Assembly (NCBI GenBank): GCA_951406725.2
Contig: OX597816.1
Location: 66,588,001-66,652,000, forward strand
Reading direction: 5' to 3'
DNA from: Octopus vulgaris
Taxonomy: Eukaryota
Length of the DNA stretch: 64,000 bases
Below the pieces are notes generated by a model, which was not told where the DNA came from, made no database searches, and worked only from the letters and a program-made list of their open reading frames with translations. Positions 1 through 11,986 of this stretch are shown piece by piece (positions within the stretch are counted from its first letter, which is position 1; each line of letters starts with the position of its first letter). Both the position numbers and the translations under genes were made by a program.

Positions 1-788
1 TAGAACCACTGTGTGTGTGTGTGTTTTTTATTACTGGCATGATGACTCCCTCAAGACAACATTTTATTACTGCAAGCATTGTTTTTAATCTCTTTGGTGA
101 TATCACATTGATTTCTAAAGTCTACTGTAAGAAATTCATTCAAACTTAAATTAGAAATAGATGGGAGAAAGAAAGTGAGACATTGTAGAGACATTTTATG
201 CATTTTACCAGAGTCATTATTGATGTAAATGGTAAGTACAGTAATTTTTAATTCAAAGTAGAACAACTATATTTCTTAATTGAACCTACTAGCTGTGATG
301 AATTTACTCTGAAAATCCTTGCAATCATCAGAAGACATGCAGCCAACCATTTTACCCACATGTTAATGTGGGAATAATTCATATAAGAGACACAGAGCAG
401 AATTATTCTGTTGTGATTTCAAAACCGTTTTATTAATATGAATGTATCTCAATGCGTTGTTCACAAGACTTTAGCCAACTCTTTCATTGTCATGGGTCTA
501 CTAGCTAGCAGCTGCTTTCAACTGTCATACCTCCATGGCTGGTTGTTCGAAGAATGATTTTTAAATAAATAATTAGTTGCTAGTGATTTGGAAGTAAAAA
601 TATAATAACTAGTTTTATTTACCACCTCTTCATATTTTGTTAAAGAAATAACAATGAGGTATTAAGCGCATCAGAAAGGATTAAAAAAGAAAATTGGCTG
701 ATTATTTGGAATCACATCAGATAGATATAACTAAACACCACATGGCATTTTGCCCAATGCTCTGCTGAGTTTCCACTAGAAGATGTAG

Positions 789-1188
789 TCCTTGGTGAAG
801 AATGGTGGCTTGTGTACCTTAGCAACATTGAGAGCTATGTCACTGGAGCATAAGCTCCTGATAAGGCCTTCCATGCTGAACAGTTCAAAGGACAGAGGCC
901 AGACTAATATGAACCACCTCTTCTTAATGGTAAAAATGAGTTTGTATAGGGCCAACTACCCTACAAAGGATAAGAAAAGATGCAGAAGCATCAAGAACAA
1001 CTCAAAACCAACAAGACCTAGGAGAAGGCCTTTTCTTTAGGGAAACATCTGGCATGGTGCAACAAAACAGGAAGAGCTGAAAAAGGAAACATCTAACTGG
1101 AAACAAGCAGAAAAGACAACTTAGAGCCGAGAACAGTGGAGAAAAGTCATCAATGGTGTATGCTTCATAAAAAGTAAATCACATAAGT
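789..1188 (+). mobile_element. Internally deleted (bipartite) RTE-type LINE remnant: 5'UTR-like part joined to ORF2 C-terminus
   Basis: 789-910 resembles RTE 5'UTRs (agagctatgtc...ctcctgataagg...ccatgctgaacagttcaaaggacagaggccagactaa). 1050-1180 translates to WHGATKQEELKKETSNWKQAEKTT*SREQWRKVINGVCF, similar to RTE ORF ends (W..AE..A.DR..WR..V.ALC). Confidence 0.55.
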
Positions 1189-1231
1189 CTATTGAGTTTA
1201 CTAATGATAGTAATAGTAGTAGTTGTAGAAG

Positions 1232-1380
1232 TTTCTAATGTAAGTGCAATGCCAGCAATTTGGAGAGAGAAGTGAGATGATTAAATTCACCCTTGTATTT
1301 AACTGGTGCTTTATTTTATCAACCATGGAAGGATTTGAACTCAAATCAAAAAGCCTAAACAAAAACCACAAAACATTTCT
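1232..1380 (-). mobile_element. SINE family B, degraded
   Basis: gccagcaatt...aactggtgctttattttatc...ggatttgaactca matches the family B copies elsewhere in the window. Confidence 0.6.
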
Positions 1381-2303
1381 ATATTTCTGAGATTTTATAT
1401 TATGTATTAGTCAGAGTGGTGTTTGACTATAATATACAATAAAAACCATAAGGTATTTTAGCCGACATTCTAACAGTTCAACAAAGCCAAATAACATCAT
1501 GATAATAATAATAACAATAATAATAATAATTCTTTTATTTGCCATAAGGATGCCAAGTGAGGGCACATTAAAAGGACAAATTACAAATAACAATGAAGGT
1601 TTATGCAGGGTTGATTGTGAATAGATTACATAACAAACTTTTATGAGTTTATGCTGACAGCAGTCTCAAGAAAGAAAGAAAAAGAACCACGTTTTCATGT
1701 GTCTTTTTATAGCCTTATAACTTAATGGTTCATCAAATATCAATTAAAACCCTTGAAAGCACCACCTTAGAATGGTTACAATCCAATGACTGAAACCACC
1801 AAAAATAGTAACACACACATACGCACATAATAATAATAAATATTAGTCATGTAGCATACAATCAATCACACATGTGTGTAAAGCCTCAAAATTTCTAAAA
1901 CTGCAGCTACCTCCTACACGCACACAAACAAACAAAAACAATTTTAAAGCAGTAACATTTATTGTATGTAAATGGTCTGGGGTTTTTCCTTATTTATTTA
2001 TTATCCAATTTCAAGATGTTATCTAAATATATAGACATATTTGGAGTGTTTTGTAAAACAAGTGTCATTAATGGCTATCAAATGTCTACTAGAAAGATGA
2101 GAGGGTAATTAAAGAGACTTATTTGAAATAAACTAAAAGGCTGCACCAAAAATAATAAACAGCAAAAATGCTGCATAAATTGTGAGATTCCAAGGCAGAA
2201 CTTGTCCGACAGTGTCTGTCTCTCCTCGCATTCAGATGTAGTCACTGTTATTTCAACTCACTACATAAATTTATAGCCTGAAAACAATTGAAATTGTTAT
2301 TAA

Positions 2304-2510
2304 CCTTTTAGCATTTAAACCAGCCATATCCTGCTCAAGTATGCTACTTGTTTTATGCTTTTAACCAGCCAGATCCAATCTATCGTACCTACTTTTCAAT
2401 GCCATTATAAAATATACAATCACATTATCAAAATTTTGAAGCTACAAAATAATGCCTGATTTGAATCAAAAAGTATTACATTTGGCAGAATAATCTGAAT
2501 GCTAAAAAGG
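2304..2510. mobile_element. piggyBac-like MITE (family P1)
   Basis: ttaa|cctttt-agcattt ... gaatgctaaaaagg termini; same family as 5445, 15411, 33048 and 41241. Confidence 0.65.
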
Positions 2511-2577
2511 CTTAGACCTTGTGTTGTAGTTTTTGTCAGGTTTTGTTCCAATAAAACTAGCAGGTAAGATTACTCTC

Positions 2578-2947
2578 TCTTTTACTTGTTTCAGTCATTT
2601 GACTGCAGCCATGCTGGAGCACTGCCTTTATAGTCAAGCAAATCAACCCCAGGACTTATTCTTTGTAAGCCTAGTACTTATTCTATCAGTCTCTTTTGCC
2701 GAACCGTTAAGTTACTGGGACATAAACACACCAGCATTGGTTGTCAAGCAATGTTGGGGGGACAAACACAAACACATATATACGATGGGCTTCTTTCAGT
2801 TCCCGTCTACCAAATCCACTGATAAGGCTTTGGTCGGCCCGAAGCTATAGTAGAAGACACTTGCCCAAGGTGCCATGCAGTGGGACTGAACCTGGGACCA
2901 CATGGTTGGTAAGCAAGCTACTTACCACACAACCACTCCTGTGCCTA
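2578..2947 (-). mobile_element. tRNA-derived SINE family A (full length)
   Basis: Reverse complement of the ~400-bp element with A-box tggctgtgtgg, B-box ggttcagtccc, a central TA/TG microsatellite and 3' end gactgaaacaagtaaaaga. Confidence 0.9.
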
Positions 2948-3988
2948 AGGTGGAGAAAGTCAGGAAAAAGAAATGGAGATGTGCTAGTTGTTAAGGGCTC
3001 TCTACCATGTTTGAGCAATAACTGCAGGGTGGATGTCAAAGAATGAAAGCGAAAGCATTAGGAAGACGAATAGCTGGAAATATAGTTTAGCTCCTAAAAT
3101 TGAAGACATTCCAGCCATAACCATTTCATCTTTTACTCAGACATACTGTATTTATATGTTGCATTAGTTAATATTGCTCTCTTTTTTTTTAAATTGGAGG
3201 ATGTGATCTGTAGCTGCTATTTCTTGCAGGCTAAACAGATGTAGAGTCTCTCTAGTTGACTTATAGAATAGAAGGAGATGCTATTGATGGAGAGGGGAAA
3301 ACAATTACTTCAGTGTTAGTGTTTAAAGTAAACAGTCTAAAGTAACATTTCAGTTGATTTTCTGGCATTTTTTTCTTTATACAAGAAAAGGAAGAATAAA
3401 GTTTGCTGCACTAAGAAATAGAGCAGCATGACTCATCACTAACTCTCATGGTAAACCTTACTCTGTACAAGCAGCTGGGTGACTTGGTTAGGGTGCCAGC
3501 CTAACTTGTATCCTGTCTCAGGTGCTGCACAGTCCACCTAACAGTAAACTATTACTAAACATATAAGTTCTCAACTGTAAATAGCACAGACATTGTGTAA
3601 CTGGTATATAACTTACAATATTGTGCTTATGACTTTCCAAAAGCAAATACCCTTCTAAACAGTACTTTCAATGGCCCAGCATAACCCTTTTAGTAGTAAA
3701 AACAGCAAGGTGGTAAAGTATAACTGTATCGTTGGTAGTTGTGTGTATGTGAGCTACTGATCTTATATGTTCTACTTTGTCATTGAGGTTGACCTTCTGC
3801 AAGTCATCTATTAACTTGCAGATGCTAAGACTTACAACCAGGGCTCAGAGGAAATGGTAAACTGACAAGGCCTGGTACAAATCAAAATTGCCAGTACACT
3901 CTACATCACATATAGAACCACTTTGTGAATGATGATGATGAAAGTAATTTGAACCAGAAGTATTCAAACATAAAAAAAGGAACATTAA

Positions 3989-4210
3989 CCCATTCGTTAC
4001 TGTATTTATTTTGAGATGCTCTGTGTTTCTTTCAATTAATTTTAAATACAACAAAGAATTTAGTAAAATAACTTAGTTATCATTCAGCTAGTGTTAGGAA
4101 CATAAATTGTGACTAAGGTTTGGAGGAAGATTTTAATTTGATACTTATGAAAACAAGACATTGGCACTACAGAGTTAGAGGCGGTTACAGCCGGGTTGGT
4201 ATCAAAAGGG
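3989..4210. mobile_element. piggyBac-like MITE (family P2)
   Basis: ttaa|cccattcgttac ... ggtatcaaaaggg inverted termini; homologous to 4722-5267. Confidence 0.65.
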
Positions 4211-4721
4211 ACAAGCTGTTAAAATGCTACTAAACAGCCCTCATGAATCATATGAAATGTTTTGTCTATAGTGTAGTTAGCTTGGACAAAAAGTGATTAA
4301 GAACCAATTAAGCAAAAATCTATGCAGGACAGAAAGGATGATGATAATGATGAAGATAATTAAGAGGATTATTTAGATAAAATTTAATAGCAGTTTTATA
4401 GATTCAATCACTTAATTAAATATTTTTGTTCTGACCAACAAACTCAGCAGGTAAGACGCATCCAAATGTTTGATTCAGTATATTACTGTTATTTTCATCA
4501 TCAATAATACCAACCATTTCTTGTAACATAAATAAATTGTTAGAGCAACTTTTAGAGGCTTTCTAGTTGCTAATCACTTCACCAATTATTTAGAATAGCA
4601 CTTATTTTTTAAAATCAGCACACTGAAGCAATTAAGGCAATATGTCATTTCAACATTACGACAGGGCAACTGTACTACGGTTTGCACCTATTACCATGTG
4701 GTCAATAGTGCATGCTTTTAA

Positions 4722-5267
4722 CTCTTTTGTTACCCTTTTACTTGTTTCAGTCATTTGACTGTGGCCATGTTGGAGCACCGCCTTTAGTCAAGCAAATCGA
4801 CCCCAGGACTTATTCTTCATAAGCCTAGTACTTATTCTTTCGTTCTCTTTTGCTGAACCGCTAAGTTACGGGGACGTAAACACAGACACACAAACATATA
4901 TATGCATACATACAACGGGCTTCTTTCAGTTTCCGCCTACCAAATCCACTGACAAGGCTTTGGTTGGCCCGAGGCTATAGTAGAAGGCACTTGCCCAATG
5001 TGCTACGCAGTGGGAATGAACCCAGAACCATGTGGTTCATAAGCAAGCTACTTACCTCACAGCCACTCCTACACCTTATTTCTGTTGAAATACCTGGTTT
5101 TAGTTTCCATTAATTTTGAAAATAATGAAGTATTTAGTAAAATAACTTTTCAGCTAGTATTTAGGAAATAAATTAATGTAAAATTTTGATGGAAATTTTT
5201 TATTTAAATTACATAAGTTTATATCATATACCCAGGGATGATCTCAGGCAGGTTGTTATCAAAAGGG
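4722..5267. mobile_element. piggyBac-like MITE (family P2) interrupted by SINE A
   Basis: TTAA on both sides (4718-4721, 5268-5271); termini ctcttttgttacc / gttatcaaaaggg; SINE A inserted 13 bp from the left end. Confidence 0.7.
4735..5075 (-). mobile_element. SINE family A
   Basis: Near full-length copy with a short internal deletion. Confidence 0.9.
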
Positions 5268-5444
5268 TTAAACCCCACTAATACTGTGACCCAAGTACTG
5301 AGTGCTTCACAACAAAGTGTTCCAAGCCTAGATTAAGTTTGGTTGAAACTAGTTGATTTATATCAGTAGTTCTTACTCTATTTTGCAAATGAGTGCCTCT
5401 TTTCATTGACTGTCATTTTAGAAATGGCTCCCACTCATATTTAA

Positions 5445-5664
5445 CCCTTTAGCATCCGGATTTCTCTGTCAAAGGTAATGCTTATTTATTCACATTGATT
5501 TGAATTTGTCATGTATTACCTTGTAGCTTTGAGATTTCAATGATGTGATTGTTTAGTTTTAGAATAATATTGCTGGGTGAGTGTGAGAAGCCAGATCTGG
5601 CTGGCTTGAAGATAAAACAGGTTGATTATCTTGGCCAGACATGACTTGTTTAAATGGTAATGGG
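5445..5664. mobile_element. piggyBac-like MITE (family P1)
   Basis: TTAA|ccctttagcat ... atggtaatggg|TTAA; TTAA TSD on both sides. Confidence 0.75.
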
Positions 5665-5994
5665 TTAAAAACAAAACCAAAAAGCAAATTTTGTGCAATG
5701 GTTTATCATCTATATTTTCTTATACTATCCCATCAGGCATGAGTCTTTCTTTCTTCTAGATATTTGCATGGATTAGAACCTCCAATATTAGATTTTTAAG
5801 GGAATTACTGAAGAAGGCAAGAATTTATATAATGACACATTATCAGTTACCTTTCTGCTCAATGCTAACATAATGTTCTACTAATATTTTAATCCAAGAA
5901 AGATTTTTTGAAAAATGTGTTTAAAATATAAGTAATGTAAAAAGTTGAAATGCTTTACTTCTAAGAAAAATCACGACTTCCTCTAAACACTTAC

Positions 5995-6068
5995 CTTCCC
6001 CCATCAGAAGCTCTTGGCATTTTCTGCCCCTTGTAAATTCACAATGCACCCAAAGGAGACACTATCAT
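5995..6068 (-). other. Candidate exon of a minus-strand host gene, possibly containing the start codon (MPRASDGG..., phase-2 donor)
   Basis: Minus strand reads ctttttaacctag|ATGATAG...aaaATGCCAAGAGCTTCTGATGGGGGAAG|gtaagt: consensus donor AG|GTAAGT, plausible acceptor, unique sequence. All three frames stop if read from the acceptor, but the internal AAAATG stays open to the donor. Confidence 0.4.
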
Positions 6069-7334
6069 CTAGGTTAAAAAGCCATGTTTTGAATGTTGAA
6101 CAAGTCTTCTTTTAGTACTTAAGAAATTAAAGAGAACAATCAGGGAAAAGAGTTGGAAGCTACTGTAATTAGTTAAATATCTTTACAGAATGTTGCTGTA
6201 TTGATTGGTCATAAAAGTGATGATTATTAATATTTTATTGTGATGGTTAGCACAAAGATTTTTCAGGTGGTGGTAGTGATAGGAGTTAATATTGGAGTAG
6301 GTAGCTTGTTTCTATACTCAGACACTACACATGAATAAGAAACGCCAAGGACCAATATTTGAGCCAATAAGGATATAACAAGCAATGCAAATATTTTCTT
6401 CTTGGATAATATAACAAAAATTCCAAAGAATAGAGGATAAACAATGGCAAAATTGATAAATGAATTTATCACACGAAAAAGTTTAATTGACATTTTTGGA
6501 ATATTTAAGAGAGAAGTGATAGACAAGCAAAGGGACACAGTAGGAGAAAGGGAAACATAGTAATTATGACAAAACAATGTTTCTAACTTATGTAATTTCA
6601 ACAATGTTAATAATTCGGTTAAAACAAACATTCCAAAAAACAAAAACAAAGTAAAAGATAGAGAGAATTCTTCTAAGAGGCATTTCTACAAATATCTGAT
6701 AATTATCAAATAAAAAACAAAGAATTCTAATTCCAAAAATAAAATAAAAACGAAACATTCACACCATTTTTGTTGCACTTGTTTTTATTTTTGCAAAGCT
6801 AAAACATAACAGCTAAAACATACATAGAGCGTGCATGCACACACACAAATGTGCGCGCACAGGTGTACATGCACGCGAGCATACACACATATAGTATTAA
6901 TTAAAGCACTGTCTGCCATAGAAACTAGTTCTTTCACATCTTCCATCAACTTTGATAACAATCAAGAATGTGCATTATTCCTTCGCTAAAAAATTCTATG
7001 AACTTCTGAAACAACAACAGCAATTTCAGTTACAAATATTTTGCATCCTTCGCTTACTTATGGCAGGAGATAAGAAATCTCACATCTCTTAATATTACTC
7101 CCCCACTTACCCACCCACTCTCCACAGCACACAAAGACAAGAATTGGGTAATATGGTTCTGTTTATTTTTTTCTATTTCTGTGTAAAACACATCTGTCAA
7201 TCTTGTCCAGTATATCACTATGCCTATAATTGAAAACAATATTAATTGGCTCCTAATTTGCCATAAATGCAAGAAATGAGAGCCATTACAAGTTGCAATA
7301 GAACTTTTTTTCATTGAGTTAATAATGAAAAATT

Positions 7335-7462
7335 CCGAACCACATGATTCTGGGTTCAGTCCCACTCATGGCACCTTGGGAAAGTATTTTCTATGATATA
7401 GCTCCAGGCTGATCAAATCCTTGAGTGGATTTCGTAGACAGAAACTGAAAGAAGCCTGTCAT
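7335..7462 (+). mobile_element. SINE family A, 5' half
   Basis: ggttcagtccc B-box through gaaactgaaagaagcc, then interrupted by Helitrons. Confidence 0.8.
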
Positions 7463-8085
7463 AATGCTAGTGCATGCATATACAGCTGCGTTCGTGCACA
7501 CATACACGCGAGTACTGTCCAAATCTCTGACCAATCACATACAGCTAGCTGGCATTCAATTGGCGTATCAAGTTTCGGGCATTTTGATTGGGTTTTTGGA
7601 TAGAAAATTCACAAAAAAGTCACTTCTATTGATTTTTTTAATGGCTTTGCGGGGTGACTGGGGAAATATAAAGATGTGCACGACCACCCTTGGATGGTTT
7701 TGAATGATCATAGAAAGTGCGAGCCCTCTAACTGAAAAATTATGGATTTGTATAAAGGACATACACACAGACAGACATTTTGCCGTTTATACATATACTA
7801 GCAGTATCGCCCGGCGTTGCTCGGGTTGTAAGGGAAATAACTATATAAGCATTTTTATGTATGTGTATGCGTGTGTATGAGGAATGACACACACACACTC
7901 ACGCACGCACACATGTACATCAATGCTTTCGGAGTGATATGTTAAAATTTTGAGTTTTCTCGAATTTTGTCTTAATTGGGGGTGAAATTCAGGTAAATTG
8001 TAATTGAAGAAATCCTATATTGTAGATTTGTATAACTCCCAAAGGGAGGCAGATAAAATCTGCCTTTTATAATAAGAGATAGAGA
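7463..8085 (-). mobile_element. Non-autonomous Helitron family H1 (3' hairpin lost; 5' tip displaced to 8080-8085 by nested H2)
   Basis: 7463-7797 is highly similar to 26440-26821 and 48357-48718. The missing 5' TCTCTA lies just beyond the H2 insertion. Confidence 0.8.
7798..8079 (-). mobile_element. Non-autonomous Helitron family H2
   Basis: Minus strand: A|TCTCTTATTATAAAA ... cccgagcaacgccggg hairpin, cgatactgCTAG|T. Has 5' TC, 3' CTAG, A|T insertion and no TSD. Confidence 0.85.
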
Positions 8086-8119
8086 TACATGTGCATGTGT
8101 AACACTAGTATAATGACAG

Positions 8120-8860
8120 CTACTTTGTTTTACCAACTCTGGCAAGAAGCTGACATTGGTGTGGTTTGAACATGGAGCATAAGAGTGTAATCAAATAGCA
8201 CAATACATTTTGTTGGATGCTCTAATGATTCTGTCATTCCACCATTGTAAAATTGTGTTATTGATAATGATTTCAAATTTTGGCCCAAGACAAGCAATTT
8301 TTTAAGGGGTAGAAGGTTAATTGATTACATCAATCTTAGTTGAATGGACAAAAGGCTAAGTTGACTTTGGTGGAATTTGAATTGAGAATGCAAAGAATTG
8401 GAAGAAATGTCTCTAAGTGTTTTGTCCAATGCTCTAGCCAGTCTGCCAGCTTGCCACCTTATTGTTTCAAATTCTGGCACAAGGCCAGCAATTTTAAGGG
8501 GTTGGTTAATTGATTACATCAACCTCAGTACTTGACTGGTATTTTATTGACTCTGAAGGGATGAAAGGCAGTATTTGAACTCAGAATGTAAAGAGCTGGA
8601 ATAAATACTGCAAAATGTATTGTTTGGCACTGAAATGGTTAGTCAATCAATCAATAATTTCTGACAGAGGCACAAAGCTGTAATTCCTTTTCTTCCTCAG
8701 TTAGTCATTTACATCATTGTCAGCCTTTCCCTGACTGATACGTGTTTCATTGGCTTGCAAAATGAGAGGCAAAGTAAATCTCAGTAGGTTGGAACTCACA
8801 ACATAAAGAGCCCGCAAGACATTTTGTGCCACACTCTACGGACAGAACCAATCTACTACT
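8120..8860 (-). mobile_element. Cluster of ~4 head-to-tail degraded SINE B copies
   Basis: Repeated tttcaaattttggc(a)caag...gattacatc...tttgaactcagaa...ctgccagc blocks at ~8120, 8270, 8465 and 8657. Confidence 0.7.
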
Positions 8861-8995
8861 AATGATGATGATGATAATGACAAATTTATTATTTGTCACA
8901 AGGATAACACAAAATCAAAACATTTAAAATGATTTCAAGCCTTGTTGACAGAAGGCCACAGATTTGTAGAGAAATTTTAGTAGTGTATATATATA

Positions 8996-9571
8996 TAGGT
9001 CATCCCATAAATAATGCATTTTTTAAAAAAATCTGAAATATACTCTCCTTCATTTATCTGGTAGACTTGCAAAGCCCCTCTTCCAAAATTCACTTGTCCG
9101 TGATGAAAAATACTCCTCCAGTACTATTCTGACCTCGTCTACAGAATTCATATTTTTTCCATCCAAATGATTTTGAAGATAGCGGAATAAATGATAATCA
9201 GATGGAGTAATGTCTGGCAAATATGGTGAGTGGGACATCATTTCCCATTCAAACTGTTCCAGCCATTGGAATGTTATCCTTGCTGTGACTGAGCAAAGTC
9301 CTGATGGAAGAACACCTTTCATTTTCAAACTAAAGATGGTTGTTTTTCTTCTAGCGCAGACTTAAGATCTCCTTTGTTATTGTTTGGTTTGGGTTTAAAA
9401 GTTCAAAATGGGTTACACCTTTCTTATCCCACCAAACCTGATGTGGGTGAAGACCTTCTTTCGCCTGGGGTGCTGGTGTTTCTCCTTTCCCTTCCCACTG
9501 TCTTCAGGGCCTGACATTTTTATAGAGAACCCATTTCTCATCACCAGTCACCATTTGGTCCAAAAAAAAAG
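8996..9571 (-). pseudogene. Mariner (Tc1/mariner) transposase remnant with 3' terminal region
   Basis: Minus-strand translation gives FLDQMVTGDEKWVLY (first catalytic D), VWWDKKGVTHFELL and HSPYLPDITPSDYHLF (YSPDLAPSD motif). It has in-frame stops and deletions, ends at a TA run and is cut by SINE A at 9572. Confidence 0.9.
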
Positions 9572-9921
9572 TAGCTTGCTTACCAACCACATGGTTCCGG
9601 GTTCAGTCCCACTACGTGGCACCTTGGGCAAGTGTCTTCTACTAGAGCCTTGGGCCAACCAAAGCCTTGTGAGTGGATTTGGTAGACGGAAACTGAAAGA
9701 AACCCGTCATATATATGTATATGTATGTGTGTCTGTGTTTCTCCCCTCAACATTGCTTGACAACTAATGGTGGTGTGTTTATGTCCCCGTAACTTAGCGG
9801 TTTGGCAAAAGAGACCGATAGAATAAGTACTAGGCTTACAAAGAATAAGTCCTGGGGTCGATTTGCTTGACTAAAGGCGGTGCTCCAGCATGGCTGCAGT
9901 CAAATGACTGAAACAAGTAAA
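9572..9921 (+). mobile_element. SINE family A (slightly 5'-truncated)
   Basis: High identity to the other A copies. Confidence 0.9.
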
Positions 9922-10648
9922 TGTGTAAAACAGTAAGTGTAGGATTAATTTGAATAAATTCACAAAGTATGAAATTTTTAGATATTTTTTTTTCTTTTAA
10001 TAAAAATAAATCATTAAAACGATTGCTCTATGGCATATTATAAAGGGCCTGAATGACTTCAAAAATAAATATTGGATGTGACTCTGTAGTTAAGAAGTTT
10101 GCTTCCTAACCACATGGTTTTGGGTTCAGTCCCACTCATGGTTTATATCTCCTTGTCTTCACATTGAGATCTGGTAGCAACTGATTATTATTCATTTCCG
10201 ATATTCTCTGAAAATATGTCTGGTCAAGAGCAAATATTTTGCTGGAAATAGTAAAGGTTGGTGACAGGAAGGGCATCCAGCTGTAGAGAATTTGTGTGAC
10301 TCATGGTAGCATAGGAAAGTGGACATTAAAACAATGATGATGATGGGCCAGCACTAACGAGCCCAAATTTATATCCACTACAAAGTTTACATACGGACAT
10401 GTTTATGTTGAGAAAAACACTAAAATTTAAGCTGTGAAAAATAGGTGCCAAATCTTTTGAGAAAATTACACAGCAATAAGATGGTGACTCATCCAGGAGC
10501 AGGTGGAGATGATGCATTCTTTCATCCACTTAATGCTGCCAGAGATCATAAAGCTAAACACTGAATCCGCTTAGCACTGCAAGAGCAGAAGAAGAGCAGA
10601 TGTGAGAGATAATCATTCCAGGTGGTTGCTATGTGTGTGTATGCAGGT

Positions 10649-10649
<1 letters not shown>

Positions 10650-10712
<63 letters not shown>
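10650..10712. repeat. (GA)n microsatellite
   Basis: Perfect run of ~31 GA units, followed by TA/CA and GT/GA compound repeats to ~10890. Confidence 0.95.
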
Positions 10713-10715
<3 letters not shown>

Positions 10716-11258
10716 AGGCAGATGGTTTAAATATATATATATATACATACACACACACAATATTGCAAGAGTCAGATTTCTCTTCTTACATTTGGTCAAT
10801 GTGTGTGTGTGTGAGAGAGAGGGGGATAGAGAGAGAAAGAGAGAGACAGAGAAGGAGGGAGAGAGGGGTGTGTGTGTAAGAGAAGTGAGGTAGAGATGGA
10901 AAAGACTCCACCCCTTCAGCCATTGTAATCATAGCAATAAAACAAAAACACAATGGGTGGGAAATGCAGAAACGACAGGGGTAAATGGCTCTGAATATCC
11001 TATTACTTAAAATTGTGTCATATTTGTAAAGCAGGTGTTTTCATACAACAGTCTCTTAAACCATGGCATGATTATACACACAAAACACACACAGATAACA
11101 ATCAGCTTTACAATAAACAGAAAAGACTCTTTCTAGGCTTATTGCTGGAAAAAATAAGTGAATCATTACAAATATCAATTCAATGATATAATGTGGTTTT
11201 CTTCCAATTATGGCACTTGAATTAATTTGGTCTGGCTTTAATTTCTTTTGTTTTATTT

Positions 11259-11633
11259 CTTTTACTTGTTTCAGTCTTAGACTGTGGCCAAGCTGGGGTA
11301 CTTCCTTGAAGGATTAGTTGAACAAATCAACTCTAGTACTTATTTTTAAGCCTGGCACTTATTCTATTGGTCTCTTTTGCTGAACTGCTAAGCTATAGGA
11401 ATTTGTACAGGCCAACAATAGTTGTTAAGTGGGGTGAGGGACAAACACAAAGACAGACACATGTGCTTGCGCACGCGCACACACAATACATATATATCAA
11501 ATCCACTCCAAAGACTTTGGAAAGCCTGGGGCTATAATCGAAGACATTGAGCCAAGGTGTAGCACAGTAGGACTGAACCCAAAACCATGTGGTTAGGAAG
11601 TAAGTTTCTTACCACACAGCCACATCTGTGCCT
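11259..11633 (-). mobile_element. SINE family A (older copy)
   Basis: Diverged full-length copy. Confidence 0.85.
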
Positions 11634-11774
11634 ATTTATATTTTTTTGTAAGGGTTGAATCAAGAGAATTGAGGTACTGAATTAGCTATGAAAGCTTTAA
11701 ATAATAAGAAAGTTATATATACATACATATATTTATACACACACACACACACACACACATACATATATATATAC

Positions 11775-11940
11775 ATAATTTCTTTTTATTCACTTTGTGT
11801 TTATTTCCTCGTATTCCTTTCTGTTGAAAGGAGCATAGGTTCAAAACATAAAAGGCTTTTTCACCTTCCTGAGTGTCAAACTAAAACACCTGCTTGTTGT
11901 TTGTACACCTGTCTTCATCTATAGTTTTTCTGTAAATTTC

Positions 11941-11943
<3 letters not shown>
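11775..11943 (+). mobile_element. Possible Penelope-like pseudo-LTR fragment
   Basis: Lies between (CA)n/(TA)n runs; contains ttgaaaggagcataggttcaaaacat, resembling a CpG-decayed minimal hammerhead-type motif (TGAAGAGC....GCTCGAAACGT) of the kind found in PLE termini. Confidence 0.35.

Positions 11944-11984
<41 letters not shown>

Positions 11985-11986
<2 letters not shown>

Noticed and set aside
51-266. 71-aa minus-strand ORF and a plus-strand GTAAGT donor at ~232
   Set aside because: No recognisable motif, and no credible polypyrimidine acceptor for a plus-strand exon.
2533-3046. Recurrent ORFs such as RRHLPKVPCSGTEPGTMWLVSKLLTTQP (also at 9408, 13909, 21303, 33622)
   Set aside because: Translations of SINE A, not a gene family.
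3462-3537. Possible 76-nt minus-strand exon (VDCAAPETGYKLGWHP...)
   Set aside because: Weak acceptor and donor; joining it to the 5995-6068 exon gives an early stop.
6263-6649. 128-aa hydrophobic ORF resembling a membrane protein
   Set aside because: The F/L/I bias follows from T-rich composition; non-ATG start, no motif and no splice support.
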